A program made the translations under genes and the position numbers. A stretch of DNA of 40,000 nucleotides from the NCBI RefSeq assembly GCF_002214745.2, contig NZ_CP016828.1, one strand, 5' to 3'. Source of the DNA: Escherichia coli. Its GTDB lineage: Bacteria > Pseudomonadota > Gammaproteobacteria > Enterobacterales > Enterobacteriaceae. Below are positions 18,614 to 27,733 of this stretch, piece after piece (positions within the stretch are counted from its first letter, which is position 1; every line of letters starts with the position of its first letter). Under the pieces are notes generated by a model that was given only the letters and a program-made list of their open reading frames with translations, had not been told where the DNA came from and made no database searches.

Positions 18614-18945
18614 ATGTCAGTAAGCAATATGCCACCTATTGATAGAGCTGAGTAATCAACTGCTCATGAAATACAGCAAGCGAAAGTGATTGATTTAAAT
18701 GACCGGGTTCTCAATCTTGACAACCCGGATGATAAAATGATCTCCGCTTTTGCCAACTATGCTGTACAAACTGAAAATTGGCAGCAAAATGCGTTACAAG
18801 CATTAAGGTCTGATAAAGAGGGGTTAACTCCTGAAAAATTATTAGTCTTGCAGGATCATGTGCTTAATTATAATGTCGAGGTTTCATTGGTGGAACATTA
18901 GCAAGAAAGATTGTCGCTGCAGTTGAGACGTTGACCCGCTCATGA
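18614..18945 (+). pseudogene. eprJ: eprJ (PrgJ/SctI inner rod protein) with a nonsense codon and a frameshift
   Basis: ATG 18614 gives MSVSNMPPIDRAE, then an in-frame TAA at 18653-18655. The same frame continues through 18686..18901. Near 18885-18892 the PrgJ-like C-terminus (GGTLARKIVAAVETLTRS) moves to another frame, ending at TGA 18943-18945, which overlaps the eprK ATG. Confidence 0.8.
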
Positions 18946-19676
18946 AATATATATCATTATTATTGTTTATCCTGCTGTTGTGCGGCTGCAAGCAGCAGGA
19001 ATTATTGAACCATCTTGATCAACAGCAAGCTAATGATGTCCTTGCTGTTTTACAAAGACATAATATTAATGCTGAAAAGAAGGATCAAGGCAAAACAGGA
19101 TTTTCAATATTTGTCGAACCAACGGATTTTGCTTCTGCGGTGGATTGGCTAAAAATCTACAATCTACCGGGTAAGCCTGATATTCAAATATCGCAGATGT
19201 TCCCTGCAGATGCACTCGTTTCATCTCCACGAGCGGAAAAAGCAAGGCTATATTCTGCTATTGAGCAGCGGTTAGAGCAATCTCTCAAAATTATGGATGG
19301 CATTATTTCTTCGAGAGTACATGTTAGTTACGATGTTGATAATGGCGATAGTGGTAAAACTGCTTTACCAATTCATATTTCTGTACTTGCAGTATATGAA
19401 AAAGATATCAACCCAGAAATAAAAAAAAATGATATCAAGAGATTTATTGTTAATAGCTCTGCAAGCGTACAATATGAAAATATTTCTGTTGTATTGTCAA
19501 AACGAAGAGACATTATTGAGCAAGCACCAACATATGAAATTAGCGAACCTGTTTTTGCTTATGATAAGGCTATGCCGGTTTCTATCTTACTTGCATTAAT
19601 ATCCGTAGCGACTTGCTGGCTGTTATGGAAGTATAGGGCCATTCTAACTAATTTAGTCAGGTTGAAAATTAAGTAG
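18942..19676 (+). CDS. eprK: T3SS inner-membrane ring lipoprotein EprK (PrgK/SctJ family)
   Basis: 244 aa with a lipobox LLLCGC, a YscJ/PrgK-like periplasmic domain and a C-terminal TM segment (VSILLALISVATCWLLW). Confidence 0.9.
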   Translation: MKYISLLLFILLLCGCKQQELLNHLDQQQANDVLAVLQRHNINAEKKDQGKTGFSIFVEPTDFASAVDWLKIYNLPGKPDIQISQMFPADALVSSPRAEKARLYSAIEQRLEQSLKIMDGIISSRVHVSYDVDNGDSGKTALPIHISVLAVYEKDINPEIKKNDIKRFIVNSSASVQYENISVVLSKRRDIIEQAPTYEISEPVFAYDKAMPVSILLALISVATCWLLWKYRAILTNLVRLKIK

Positions 19677-19691
19677 ACATATGAGAGCGTT

Positions 19692-20273
19692 ATGAATCTT
19701 GCCCTAAGAAAGATTATATATGATCCAATTAGTTATATTCATCCTCAACGAGTAAGCTTGAATAATACACCTATTAACAATCCGGTGCTTAGATCTATTA
19801 CCAATGAAATGATTGTTCTGCAGTACAATCTTTCAGTTGAACATTTTAATCTGAATAGTTCACTTATTTACTACATAAACAATTGGAATTTATTTCCATT
19901 GTTCTGTTTATTCAGTGGTTATCACTTTTATCGAGAAAGGTTTGCAGAACGCGGATTTTTTTATAAGGTTCCTGCTGTGCTAAGGGATTATTTATCAGCT
20001 ATACCGGTGAAAATAAATGAAAAGGCACGATACAAACCCGGCATCGCTAGCTATCACAATATCATCACATGTGGTTTTTCAACGTTGTCACCCTATATAA
20101 GGCAACAACCATTGGCAATGCAGCAACGATTTAATTTATTATTTCCTGATTTTGTTGATCACATACAATTGCCGTTACCACTTGCATCAACTCTTTTAGA
20201 GAGAATTACATTTTATGCGAAAAAAAATAGAGATGAGCTTGATAAAATCTCCTGCAAATGGTGTTGTGATTAA
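19692..20273 (+). CDS. ygeO: OrgA/SctK-like sorting-platform protein
   Basis: 193-aa ORF immediately after eprK, in the position and at the size of Salmonella OrgA. As I recall, K-12 annotates the remnant of this gene as ygeO (orgA family). The family assignment is by synteny more than by motifs. Confidence 0.65.
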   Translation: MNLALRKIIYDPISYIHPQRVSLNNTPINNPVLRSITNEMIVLQYNLSVEHFNLNSSLIYYINNWNLFPLFCLFSGYHFYRERFAERGFFYKVPAVLRDYLSAIPVKINEKARYKPGIASYHNIITCGFSTLSPYIRQQPLAMQQRFNLLFPDFVDHIQLPLPLASTLLERITFYAKKNRDELDKISCKWCCD

Positions 20274-20921
20274 AAGAAAAATTTCTGATGGATTGAAATA
20301 AATAGTTTCTCTTAAAGAAAGTATCCTTCTTGAAACCAGCGCTAAAATTCAGAGCATTGAGGTAAAGATAGAAGAAAAATTTATTCAAGGTTATTATGAT
20401 GGCTATACAAAAGGCATTATTGATGTGATGGATAATTTTATACCCTTGATAAGCTTGTTGAGCTCAGAACTAGAAAAAAAAGAATAAACATGATAAACGA
20501 TCTTAAGAGTATTTTGTTAAAATCCTCAGAGGAAGTTGATGTTTTTATCAAAATTTTTGAAAGTTGGAGAAAAAAATTACCGGCAATATCAGGTCCTGTA
20601 AATCTCTATATACCTACCAGATTCAAAGATAAGTATCTTGAAGTAGAGTCATATTTTGTCGACAAATCAATATGGAATGTCCATATTACATTTCATGATG
20701 ATAAGCGTTTTGTGTTTTTTACCGATCAATTTATTGCTGAATTTAGTCCGCAGGAATTTGTGGATAATTGTGAGCAATATTTAATTAATAATCATTGTTT
20801 CTCTCCTGACAAGGTTAACGAAATCTGCGAACAAGCCAGACATTATTTAGTTGAAAAAATGTTTGAAACACATTCTTTGGATATGAATAATTCTGTTTTG
20901 GCAAGCCCTGAGGACTTATAG
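20233..20921 (+). pseudogene. ygeN: OrgB/SctL-like stator protein gene with a nonsense codon and a frameshift
   Basis: ATG 20233 gives MSLIKSPANGVVIKRKISDGLK, then an in-frame TAA at 20299-20301. The same frame continues (IVSLKESILLETSAKIQSIEVKIEEKFIQGYYDGYTKGIIDVMDN...) to TAA 20485-20487. The remainder (20490..20921, ...FTDQFIAEFSPQEFV...) is in another frame, and the junction is at an A8 run (20474-20481). The similarity to OrgB is from memory. Confidence 0.75.
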
Positions 20922-21141
20922 CTCCCTGGCTCAAGTTTAATGATTTGAATATAATCTAATTGTAATATTTTAATCATCTCATGATTTTTTAATGCCTGTG
21001 GTGTTTTTCACGCAAAAATTTTATTTTTAATTATATTTCATTATTATTTCATCAATGTATTCTTTGGATTTTGCTTATAATAATAATGGAAGGGATGATT
21101 ATAAATGAATGCGTTAAAGCATTTACACTCAGGATGAATAT

Positions 21142-21774
21142 ATGGGAAAAATTAAAATTGTAGTTTCAGATCAGCAGCCGTTTATGATTGATGGGATAAT
21201 TGGATTTCTCGGACATTATCCTGATTTATATGAGGTTGTTGGGGGCTATAAAGATCTGAAGAAATCTATAGCGGAGTGTAACAAATCTACAGCCTAAATA
21301 TTTATTTTAGGAGAATTTGCAGGTGGAATGATGGGGTCCGAACTCGTAAAATGGGTTAAATCGCATAAGATAGATGCTCATATTATTACATTTGTAGCAA
21401 AGATGCCGTATATTGATTCAATAAAATTGCTTGAAGCAGGTGCGAAAGGATGCGTATGGAAAACCAGTCACCCGGCGAAACTAAATCGTGCTATTGATTC
21501 GATTAGTAATGGTTACACTTATTTTGATAGTGTACATATGGATTGTGAAAAAATATCTTCCAGGTATTCCTCTGATAATCAACTTACAAATCGTGAGTCA
21601 GAAATATTACAACTCATAGCTGATGGTAAAGCAAACAAAGAAATCGCTAATTTCTTGCAGTTAAGCAGAAAAACAGTCGAAACTCATAGACTCAATATCA
21701 TGAAGAAATTAGATGTTCACAGTGGTATCGAGTTGATCAAAACAGCTTTACGTATGGGTGTTTGCACTATATAA
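21142..21774 (+). pseudogene. ygeK: ygeK, NarL/FixJ-type response-regulator-like gene split by an in-frame TAA
   Basis: ATG 21142 gives [24 protein letters not shown]...ECNKSTA, then TAA at 21295-21297. The same frame continues into ORF 21328..21774, which ends in a LuxR/GerE HTH ([43 protein letters not shown]). Confidence 0.8.
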
Positions 21775-21818
21775 AAAAAAGAGGCTTTAGGCTCATTTTG
21801 CTGAAGCCTTACGATTGT

Positions 21819-22295
21819 CTAGTTCATTAAGCCTGGTATATACAATATATATTTTGGGGCATATTGCTGTCTCTTTTTTTGGTTATCCATTGCAAAACCC
21901 GCATTATAAGTCCCCAGGCATTGCCACGTTACTCCACAACGTGAAAAATGGTTATATAAAATCTCGGTTCCTATTTTAATGTTCAGACAAGGGTTATCTA
22001 ACAAATCTCGTTCATCTTTTATTATTCCACGTTTTTTTAACAGGGGAATATGCATCTGGTTTATCTGCATTAACCAATAATCTAAACTCTTTATGTTGTT
22101 ATTCTTATCTCTGTTCTTGCCTATGCTATCCTTTTTTAGATTGCTTTCAACAAGAGCGATAGCTTTAATTAAATTTGGTTCGATTCTGAACATTGTTCCT
22201 GCTTCATTAGAGCAAGAGTTGCTGGCGAAAGACATTTTTGTAATAAATATACAAAACGTGAAGATGGTTAAGAATTTAACTTTTGGTGAGCGCAT
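21819..22295 (-). CDS. pbl: IagB/IpgF-like lytic transglycosylase (T3SS-associated peptidoglycan hydrolase)
   Basis: 158 aa with a signal peptide and an SLT-domain signature including the catalytic Glu context (LIKAIALVESNLKKDSIG...YWLMQIN...YNAG). It is at the position of K-12 pbl/ygeJ. Confidence 0.8.
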   Translation of the reverse strand: MRSPKVKFLTIFTFCIFITKMSFASNSCSNEAGTMFRIEPNLIKAIALVESNLKKDSIGKNRDKNNNIKSLDYWLMQINQMHIPLLKKRGIIKDERDLLDNPCLNIKIGTEILYNHFSRCGVTWQCLGTYNAGFAMDNQKKRQQYAPKYILYIPGLMN

Positions 22296-22377
22296 ATTTT
22301 TTCATGTGTGAGGATTGAATGAAAGGAACGAGATACTATTATAAAAGTATCTCGTTATGATTTATTTGGTCAATCGT

Positions 22378-22596
22378 CTACCATTCAATTTTATAGTAAG
22401 GTGAGATAGGATTATCTTCTGAATACATATCATTTTGAAAAGGCGCCATCCATGTTGAAACTATAAATGCTTGTATTTGATCTGTATCAGTAGCACTGGT
22501 GTTGATGTGTTTATCTAATGATACGACTTCATCACCCGTTGCATTCGCTATATTTGAACTTTGAGATAAATTATTGATACCGATTGGATTAGTCAT
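22378..22596 (-). CDS. ygeI: Small ETT2 protein YgeI (function unknown)
   Basis: ATG at 22596 (rc of CAT at 22594-22596) follows a GGGAG RBS and gives 72 aa, MTNPIGINNLSQSS.... This is the length and sequence I recall for K-12 YgeI. Confidence 0.75.
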   Translation of the reverse strand: MTNPIGINNLSQSSNIANATGDEVVSLDKHINTSATDTDQIQAFIVSTWMAPFQNDMYSEDNPISPYYKIEW

Positions 22597-22763
22597 AAAG
22601 CTCCCTTTTTTAATTGTCCAGGCCAATGGTCTTTACATCATACTTTTAACTCTAGAGCATTTTAAATATCTTGCAATAAGGTGAATATCTTAGATATTTT
22701 CATCTCTGTTGTTTAAATAACAAGTTGCATACATCTAAATAATAAAATTGCGTCAATAAAAAT

Positions 22764-24140
22764 TTATCGCATACAAATTCTCGTCAGCTGCTTTAATTTC
22801 AAAATGTTGTCAATTATAACTCGATGGCTTTCACTCTCAGTTTCTTTATAGTAGAGTTTAATGTTGTTTTTGAGCGGGTTAGGCACATACATATCTACAC
22901 ATTCTTTTATCACAACTGCTTTTCGTCTTCTGGGTTCGAGTTGTAGTGATTTGTCTATACAAATCCTTGCCTCTTCAATTTTTTCATTATGAAAGTGGAC
23001 TAGTGCCCTATAGTAGTAGAGAGAGGCTATATCAGTTGAGTGTATCTTAGCCTGTTCAAATAAGATATGAGATACTTTTGCTTGTCCAGACAGACCAGTT
23101 ATCAGTCCCATAATAGCTAAAATTTTTCCATCGACAGTGGTTATGTCTGATACATAATCTAAAAGCTCTAATGCTTTTTGAGCAGCAAGTTCAAGTTCAC
23201 TTTTTCCATGAAGTGCCAAAGACATATGGCATTCCGCTAGAAGGCAATAACATTCTGTTTTTAGCGTCTGTATATCACTTTTATTTTGTAATCTATCAAA
23301 TATAGTCATGGCCCTGTAAATGCTTTCAGGGGTGAAGTCGTAAAGTTCTTTCTTTCCGGCTAACATTTCATCTGATAAATAATGATTCTTATATCCTTGG
23401 TCCTGCTTAGCTAATCTTACAGATCGTTCTGGTTTATGTACCGTTTGAAGGATATTATCTATAATAAATTGTGATGTATTATGTAGTTCATCAACAGGGA
23501 GATGATTACTGGCGATGAGGAAAAGGTTTTTAGCGTCGATCAACTCAATGTATAAAGTGTTCACTGCATTATTCTGGTTTATTCTTCCTGTAACGAAATA
23601 ATCTGGCTTGAATCTGCTCAAGAATGAATTTTGAGATATGTGATCATTACAAAAATTTGTCGCAGCCATCGGATAGGTATAGAGACCATCGATTTTTTTA
23701 TTTGAAATGATTTGCACTAATTCCTGATTAAGTATTAATGGATCCAGTGTATTCAATGAAGTAGTGAAAGGGAATATAGCTATGGAATAGTCTGAAGTAT
23801 TATCTTCATTAATTTTAGTTTTGAAAACCTGCCCGCTGAAACGATAACCTTTCCGGTAGATTGTTTCTATGCAACGATCATAGCCAATTTTTTCAAAAAT
23901 GCAGCGCAAAGAATAGATACATCTTGTCAGGGACTCGTCACTAACAATAATATTTTTCCATACTGATTCGATGATCATATCTTTCAGTACAACATGACCA
24001 GCGGATTCAAGTAATACTATTAATACACCTAACTCTTTCTGTGGAATATAAACTTGCTCATTTCCTTGAGTAAGAATTCCATCTTCCGTGAGCGTTAATC
24101 CCTCAAGAAAATGATATGAGAATTTATTTTCTAAGTCCAT
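22764..24140 (-). CDS. ygeH: HilA-like transcriptional regulator YgeH (OmpR/ToxR-type winged helix plus TPR-like region)
   Basis: 458 aa. The N-terminal winged-helix trans_reg_C-like segment is ([46 protein letters not shown]...YRKGYRF). The long helical-repeat C-terminus has the same architecture as Salmonella HilA. Confidence 0.85.
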
Positions 24141-24414
24141 TAGTTAACCTCTATGAAAAAATTGGTTTCTTGCATCCTGCTTAAGCAATAGAAATTATGG
24201 CTATTCATATTTATGTGTCATTAATGCTACAGGAAATTACATTCGACATATCTATGGTTGTGTTCACTAATTTATCTTAGGAATTCAGTGATGTAATCTG
24301 AAATAGCCTTATTCAATTTTTATAAAGTAGATTGTTCTCTAACGCATTGAAAAGTAATGATTTATAGTATGCTCTTAACTGTTTTAAGATGCTGATTTAA
24401 GAAAACATAAGAGG

Positions 24415-24450
24415 TGCTGGTTATAGTGGTTAACTGCACTATAACCAGCA
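24415..24450. repeat. Perfect 14-bp inverted repeat (hairpin) just downstream of ygeG
   Basis: TGCTGGTTATAGTG, then the loop GTTAACTG, then CACTATAACCAGCA. It lies 25 nt beyond the ygeG stop on the minus strand. No adjacent U-tract is present, so it is not a canonical intrinsic terminator. Confidence 0.6.
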
Positions 24451-24474
24451 AATTTAACCAAATGATTGTAATGC

Positions 24475-24966
24475 TTAGCCATTATCTTCTGAATTATCGT
24501 TTAAGAGTTCAATATATGCCTGCGCTTTACTCTTAACACTATCATCCTCACAATTGTTAATAATGTGATAGAAACATTGCATTGCGTTATCGATATTTTT
24601 AGCCCCAATCTGACATTGACCCATACGATAAATAACTGAATAGTCATCATACGGGGAGTAATTGTAACTTAGTTTGTAAAGGTCATATGCTTGTTGATAT
24701 TTCTTTTTGGGCTGACATACTGATGCAAAATCTTTTAGATACTCATGATTTTCGAACGCATAAATGCACAAAAATTTATAATAAATTTCTGCGTCCGTTA
24801 TATTACCCTTTTCATGGTAGTCGAATGCATATGCATATATTCTATCAAGGATATCAGGAGTTAAACCATGTAGTAATGCCAGATTTTCTCCTTTCGATAA
24901 TGCGTGTTTTAGTTGATTTGCCCATTCATCACTATTATTGAATATTTCAATTGTTTCTGTGCTCAT
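24475..24966 (-). CDS. ygeG: SicA/IpgC/LcrH-like class II T3SS chaperone (TPR) YgeG
   Basis: ATG at 24966 follows an AGAGGA RBS and gives 163 aa, MSTETIEIFNNSDEW.... TPR-like repeats are present (AEIYYKFLCIYAFENHEYLKDFASVCQ...AYDLYKLSY). Confidence 0.82.
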   Translation of the reverse strand: MSTETIEIFNNSDEWANQLKHALSKGENLALLHGLTPDILDRIYAYAFDYHEKGNITDAEIYYKFLCIYAFENHEYLKDFASVCQPKKKYQQAYDLYKLSYNYSPYDDYSVIYRMGQCQIGAKNIDNAMQCFYHIINNCEDDSVKSKAQAYIELLNDNSEDNG

Positions 24967-25243
24967 AATATTCCTCTGTGATGTGTCTCGTGATGCCAAA
25001 TTATTATTGATTGACTCATTGATATTTTTACATTTATCTTTTTTAAATTATGAGTTTTAAGCTTGCATTGCTTATGGTATATTTTTCATTATTGGTAAAA
25101 GTACTGTTCACTACAAACTAATAACATCATTAGTTGTTTTACTAATATTCACCTTATTAGTTATCTTAATTACGACATTACATAAATGCCTTAATGTGTA
25201 TGACCTGGATTCATAGTATCAATTGCCATTTTTTCAATGAAAA

Positions 25244-25681
25244 TTAAAAAGGGGATTTTTGAGAAGGGTAGAATGTCGTTTGTTTTTTTTCTTTATTATG
25301 TCTGGTGACGCGGGGGGATAGAACGTCTGTGCATATAGTAGTGAATTTATTCAGGTCTACATTATTCTCTATTTTGGTCAGTTTTATGAGTTCATTTACA
25401 GCCATACTCATTAAATCATCTGTTATCGAAAATTTATATATGCTCATAGCAGATAATATTGCTTGCTGAATTATCTCTTCAGAAATATCCGCTATCTTTA
25501 TTGACAAATCATGTGTTAGATATTTTCCTCCAAGAGATTCTTGTTCAATATAATTTAAACCAGACCCCATTGTGATTTTAACTGGATTAACGGATTTCTC
25601 TTCATTTTTCTTATTTTTGTTCTCCTGATCAGGAACTAATGGTTGCAGTGGTAGGCTATTATTAATATTTCGTGGCTTCAT
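25244..25681 (-). CDS. ygeF: ETT2 protein YgeF (unknown function; possibly a gene remnant)
   Basis: 145-aa ORF upstream of and co-directional with ygeG. I found no recognisable motif. As I recall, ygeF is annotated as a pseudogene in K-12. Confidence 0.5.
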   Translation of the reverse strand: MKPRNINNSLPLQPLVPDQENKNKKNEEKSVNPVKITMGSGLNYIEQESLGGKYLTHDLSIKIADISEEIIQQAILSAMSIYKFSITDDLMSMAVNELIKLTKIENNVDLNKFTTICTDVLSPRVTRHNKEKKQTTFYPSQKSPF

Positions 25682-25874
25682 TTTACATTTCTCTCATTTG
25701 ATTAGAGCAAAATCCGAATTCGCAACTTCTGATAATGTCAAATATCACCTTATGGAGACGTTACGTAGAATGACTATATTTGTTATCGGCACATTAGGGG
25801 TATTAATTTTAGTATTGATGGAAGGTGATTATTGAACAGTAACATCGAGTCACGGTAAAAATGTGAGGTATACA

Positions 25875-26300
25875 ATGGACATTGAATTTTCGCAGATTCA
25901 TGAAATGGTCTATATGCATGATATTGTAAATTCGGACTCGAAAAAGAAACCAAGGATTCCGTTAAAAAAATTCCTTAATGCTGAGAATGTTCTCACGCAA
26001 ACAACATCATGGACATTAAAATCAAGATATGTGAATGTTAATTCTGTCAATAAAGTCAACGTAAAGAGTAAAGTTAAAAACAGTTATATCTCACGATCTG
26101 TCAATGATGAGTTTAGTTTAACAGATGATGAAATCAATTCTTTTAAAGAAACGTTAGTCCTTTCCTCTATTGATTCACTGAGTAAACTGGTTCTTAATAA
26201 TCCTCTTTCTGTATTGTTTACATCGACTGTACGAAGGAATAATAATCGAGCTAAGATGAATGTCGAGTTCGACTCATGGATTTGCACCAGATGTTGTTGA
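25875..26300 (+). CDS. yqeK: ETT2 protein YqeK (unknown function)
   Basis: ATG 25875 follows a GAGG RBS and gives 141 aa, [11 protein letters not shown].... The protein is Lys/Asn/Ser-rich with no recognisable domain. Position and length match my recollection of K-12 yqeK. Confidence 0.6.
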   Translation: MDIEFSQIHEMVYMHDIVNSDSKKKPRIPLKKFLNAENVLTQTTSWTLKSRYVNVNSVNKVNVKSKVKNSYISRSVNDEFSLTDDEINSFKETLVLSSIDSLSKLVLNNPLSVLFTSTVRRNNNRAKMNVEFDSWICTRCC

Positions 26301-26335
26301 TACATGATATTTTACATTGCAAGGAGATGTCTAAA

Positions 26336-26416
26336 ATGAAAGATGTTGATCAAAACTTTGATGCTTTAGACTGCCATATACTGCGAGAATATTTAATTTT
26401 ATTGTTTTATGATTAA
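26336..26416 (+). CDS. yqeL: Small ORF (26 aa), probable YqeL
   Basis: An AAGGAG RBS (26321-26326) lies 9 nt before ATG 26336. The product is MKDVDQNFDALDCHILREYLILLFYD, with the stop at 26414-26416. I recall a validated 26-aa small protein, YqeL, between yqeJ and yqeK in K-12. Confidence 0.5.
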   Translation: MKDVDQNFDALDCHILREYLILLFYD

Positions 26417-26448
26417 CGAGGTTCCATCTTTTTGTTATCTATTTTAGT

Positions 26449-26943
26449 TTACCTTGCACAATGCATTATTGCTCTGTTACCAATGCTCAAAATAAAAGCA
26501 TGCTTACCTTGCTTTAGTATATTATAGCTTACACTTTTTTCTGGAAAGACATAAAAATCAGGAATAAGTTGTGCAAGTCTATCATCATCAACTTGATCCA
26601 TAATCTCAAACTTATTAACTTTCTTTGATGTTAAATGGGCTGTGTCATAGTTTTCAATCCATGTGTATTCAATATTTCGCCGTATTGATTTACTTTCTCT
26701 GTTACCTTGTTGCCAGGTTCCACTCAACGCAACAGTTCCTGTTTTATTTTTTTTGTTATACATAAAGTCGATGGTAAGATTTGCTCGTCCCTGGTCATTA
26801 AAAATTACCCAATTTGCAGTGCATGTTTCGTTATATATCATTTTTTCTGCAGTGTAAGAATAGACAGTGAAGAGAATAAATCCACTGATAAAAACTAAAA
26901 TAAATAATAAGTTTTTTTTATAATCAATCACGATTAACCTCAC
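26449..26943 (-). CDS. yqeJ: Single-pass membrane protein YqeJ (FidL/ToxS-like partner of YqeI)
   Basis: 164-aa ORF (an alternative GTG start at 26931 gives 160 aa) with one N-terminal TM helix (LLFILVFISGFILFTVYSY). Its start overlaps the yqeI 3' end, implying co-translation. Confidence 0.75.
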   Translation of the reverse strand: MRLIVIDYKKNLLFILVFISGFILFTVYSYTAEKMIYNETCTANWVIFNDQGRANLTIDFMYNKKNKTGTVALSGTWQQGNRESKSIRRNIEYTWIENYDTAHLTSKKVNKFEIMDQVDDDRLAQLIPDFYVFPEKSVSYNILKQGKHAFILSIGNRAIMHCAR

Positions 26944-27733
26944 GGTAAGACAGGGTTAAACAGTCTGCCACTTCATGTTGGTTATAGTTTTTATTGCATG
27001 CCATAACAATCATCCCCGGTGAGGATTTTGCAAGAGGGAAGTATAACCACGGATGTTTTTTACAGTTAATCCCCGAATCCAGTATCCGTGTTTTATATTT
27101 ATCGAACTCTTTCAACCCATCAATTGTATCGTCTGTTACATTAAAATGGCAGCCATTAATTTCCGCAACAGTCTTGTAATCCTTGAAAAATGGCTTCGGT
27201 TGATTATTATTCCATAGCCAATATGCAGAATATGCGCCTATGACAAATGCGCTCAACATAATTAGATGACTTTTTATATGTTTGAGGATTTTGTTATTGA
27301 AATTCTTTGCGCCACCAATGCTCTCTTTGTATCCCGCATTAACTTTTATGGCAGGTGGGGCATTGTGTGTATGTGCGTCTGTTGACGAGTTTATTACATG
27401 ATTTTGTATGTTAATGTCATTATGGATCTTGAATCCTCTTCTCGGCACGGTTGCAATTAGCGAGTGGGTAGTATCACCAACAGCGCGAAATCCGCGTCTG
27501 ATAATGGATATGTTCTGATATAACGTGTTAGTAGGCACACGCATACCTTCTTCTTCCCAGACTCTGGTGAAAAAATCTTGTTGTGCAACCACATCAGGAA
27601 AAGCTTCAAGTAGAAGTGATAAACATCGACTGGCTGGCGTTGTCAGAACGACGTTAAGATCGGCGTTATGTACCGATATTAATTTTCGGTGCTCAGGCCA
27701 GAACTCGATATTATCGTTAATAATCCAGTACAT
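26924..27733 (-). CDS. yqeI: ToxR/CadC/MarT-like membrane-anchored transcriptional activator YqeI
   Basis: 269 aa with an N-terminal OmpR/ToxR winged helix (RCLSLLLEAFPDVVAQQDFFTRVWEEEGMRVPTNTLYQNISIIRRGF...VPRRGFKI), a central TM helix (LIMLSAFVIGAYSAYWLW) and a periplasmic C-terminal domain. Confidence 0.82.
   Translation of the reverse strand: MYWIINDNIEFWPEHRKLISVHNADLNVVLTTPASRCLSLLLEAFPDVVAQQDFFTRVWEEEGMRVPTNTLYQNISIIRRGFRAVGDTTHSLIATVPRRGFKIHNDINIQNHVINSSTDAHTHNAPPAIKVNAGYKESIGGAKNFNNKILKHIKSHLIMLSAFVIGAYSAYWLWNNNQPKPFFKDYKTVAEINGCHFNVTDDTIDGLKEFDKYKTRILDSGINCKKHPWLYFPLAKSSPGMIVMACNKNYNQHEVADCLTLSYREVNRD

Noticed and set aside
21782-21812. Short hairpin (AGGCTT ... AAGCCT) after ygeK as a terminator
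   Set aside because: The stem is only 6 bp with a 15-nt loop (21788-21802) and no U-tract, which is too weak to report as a feature.
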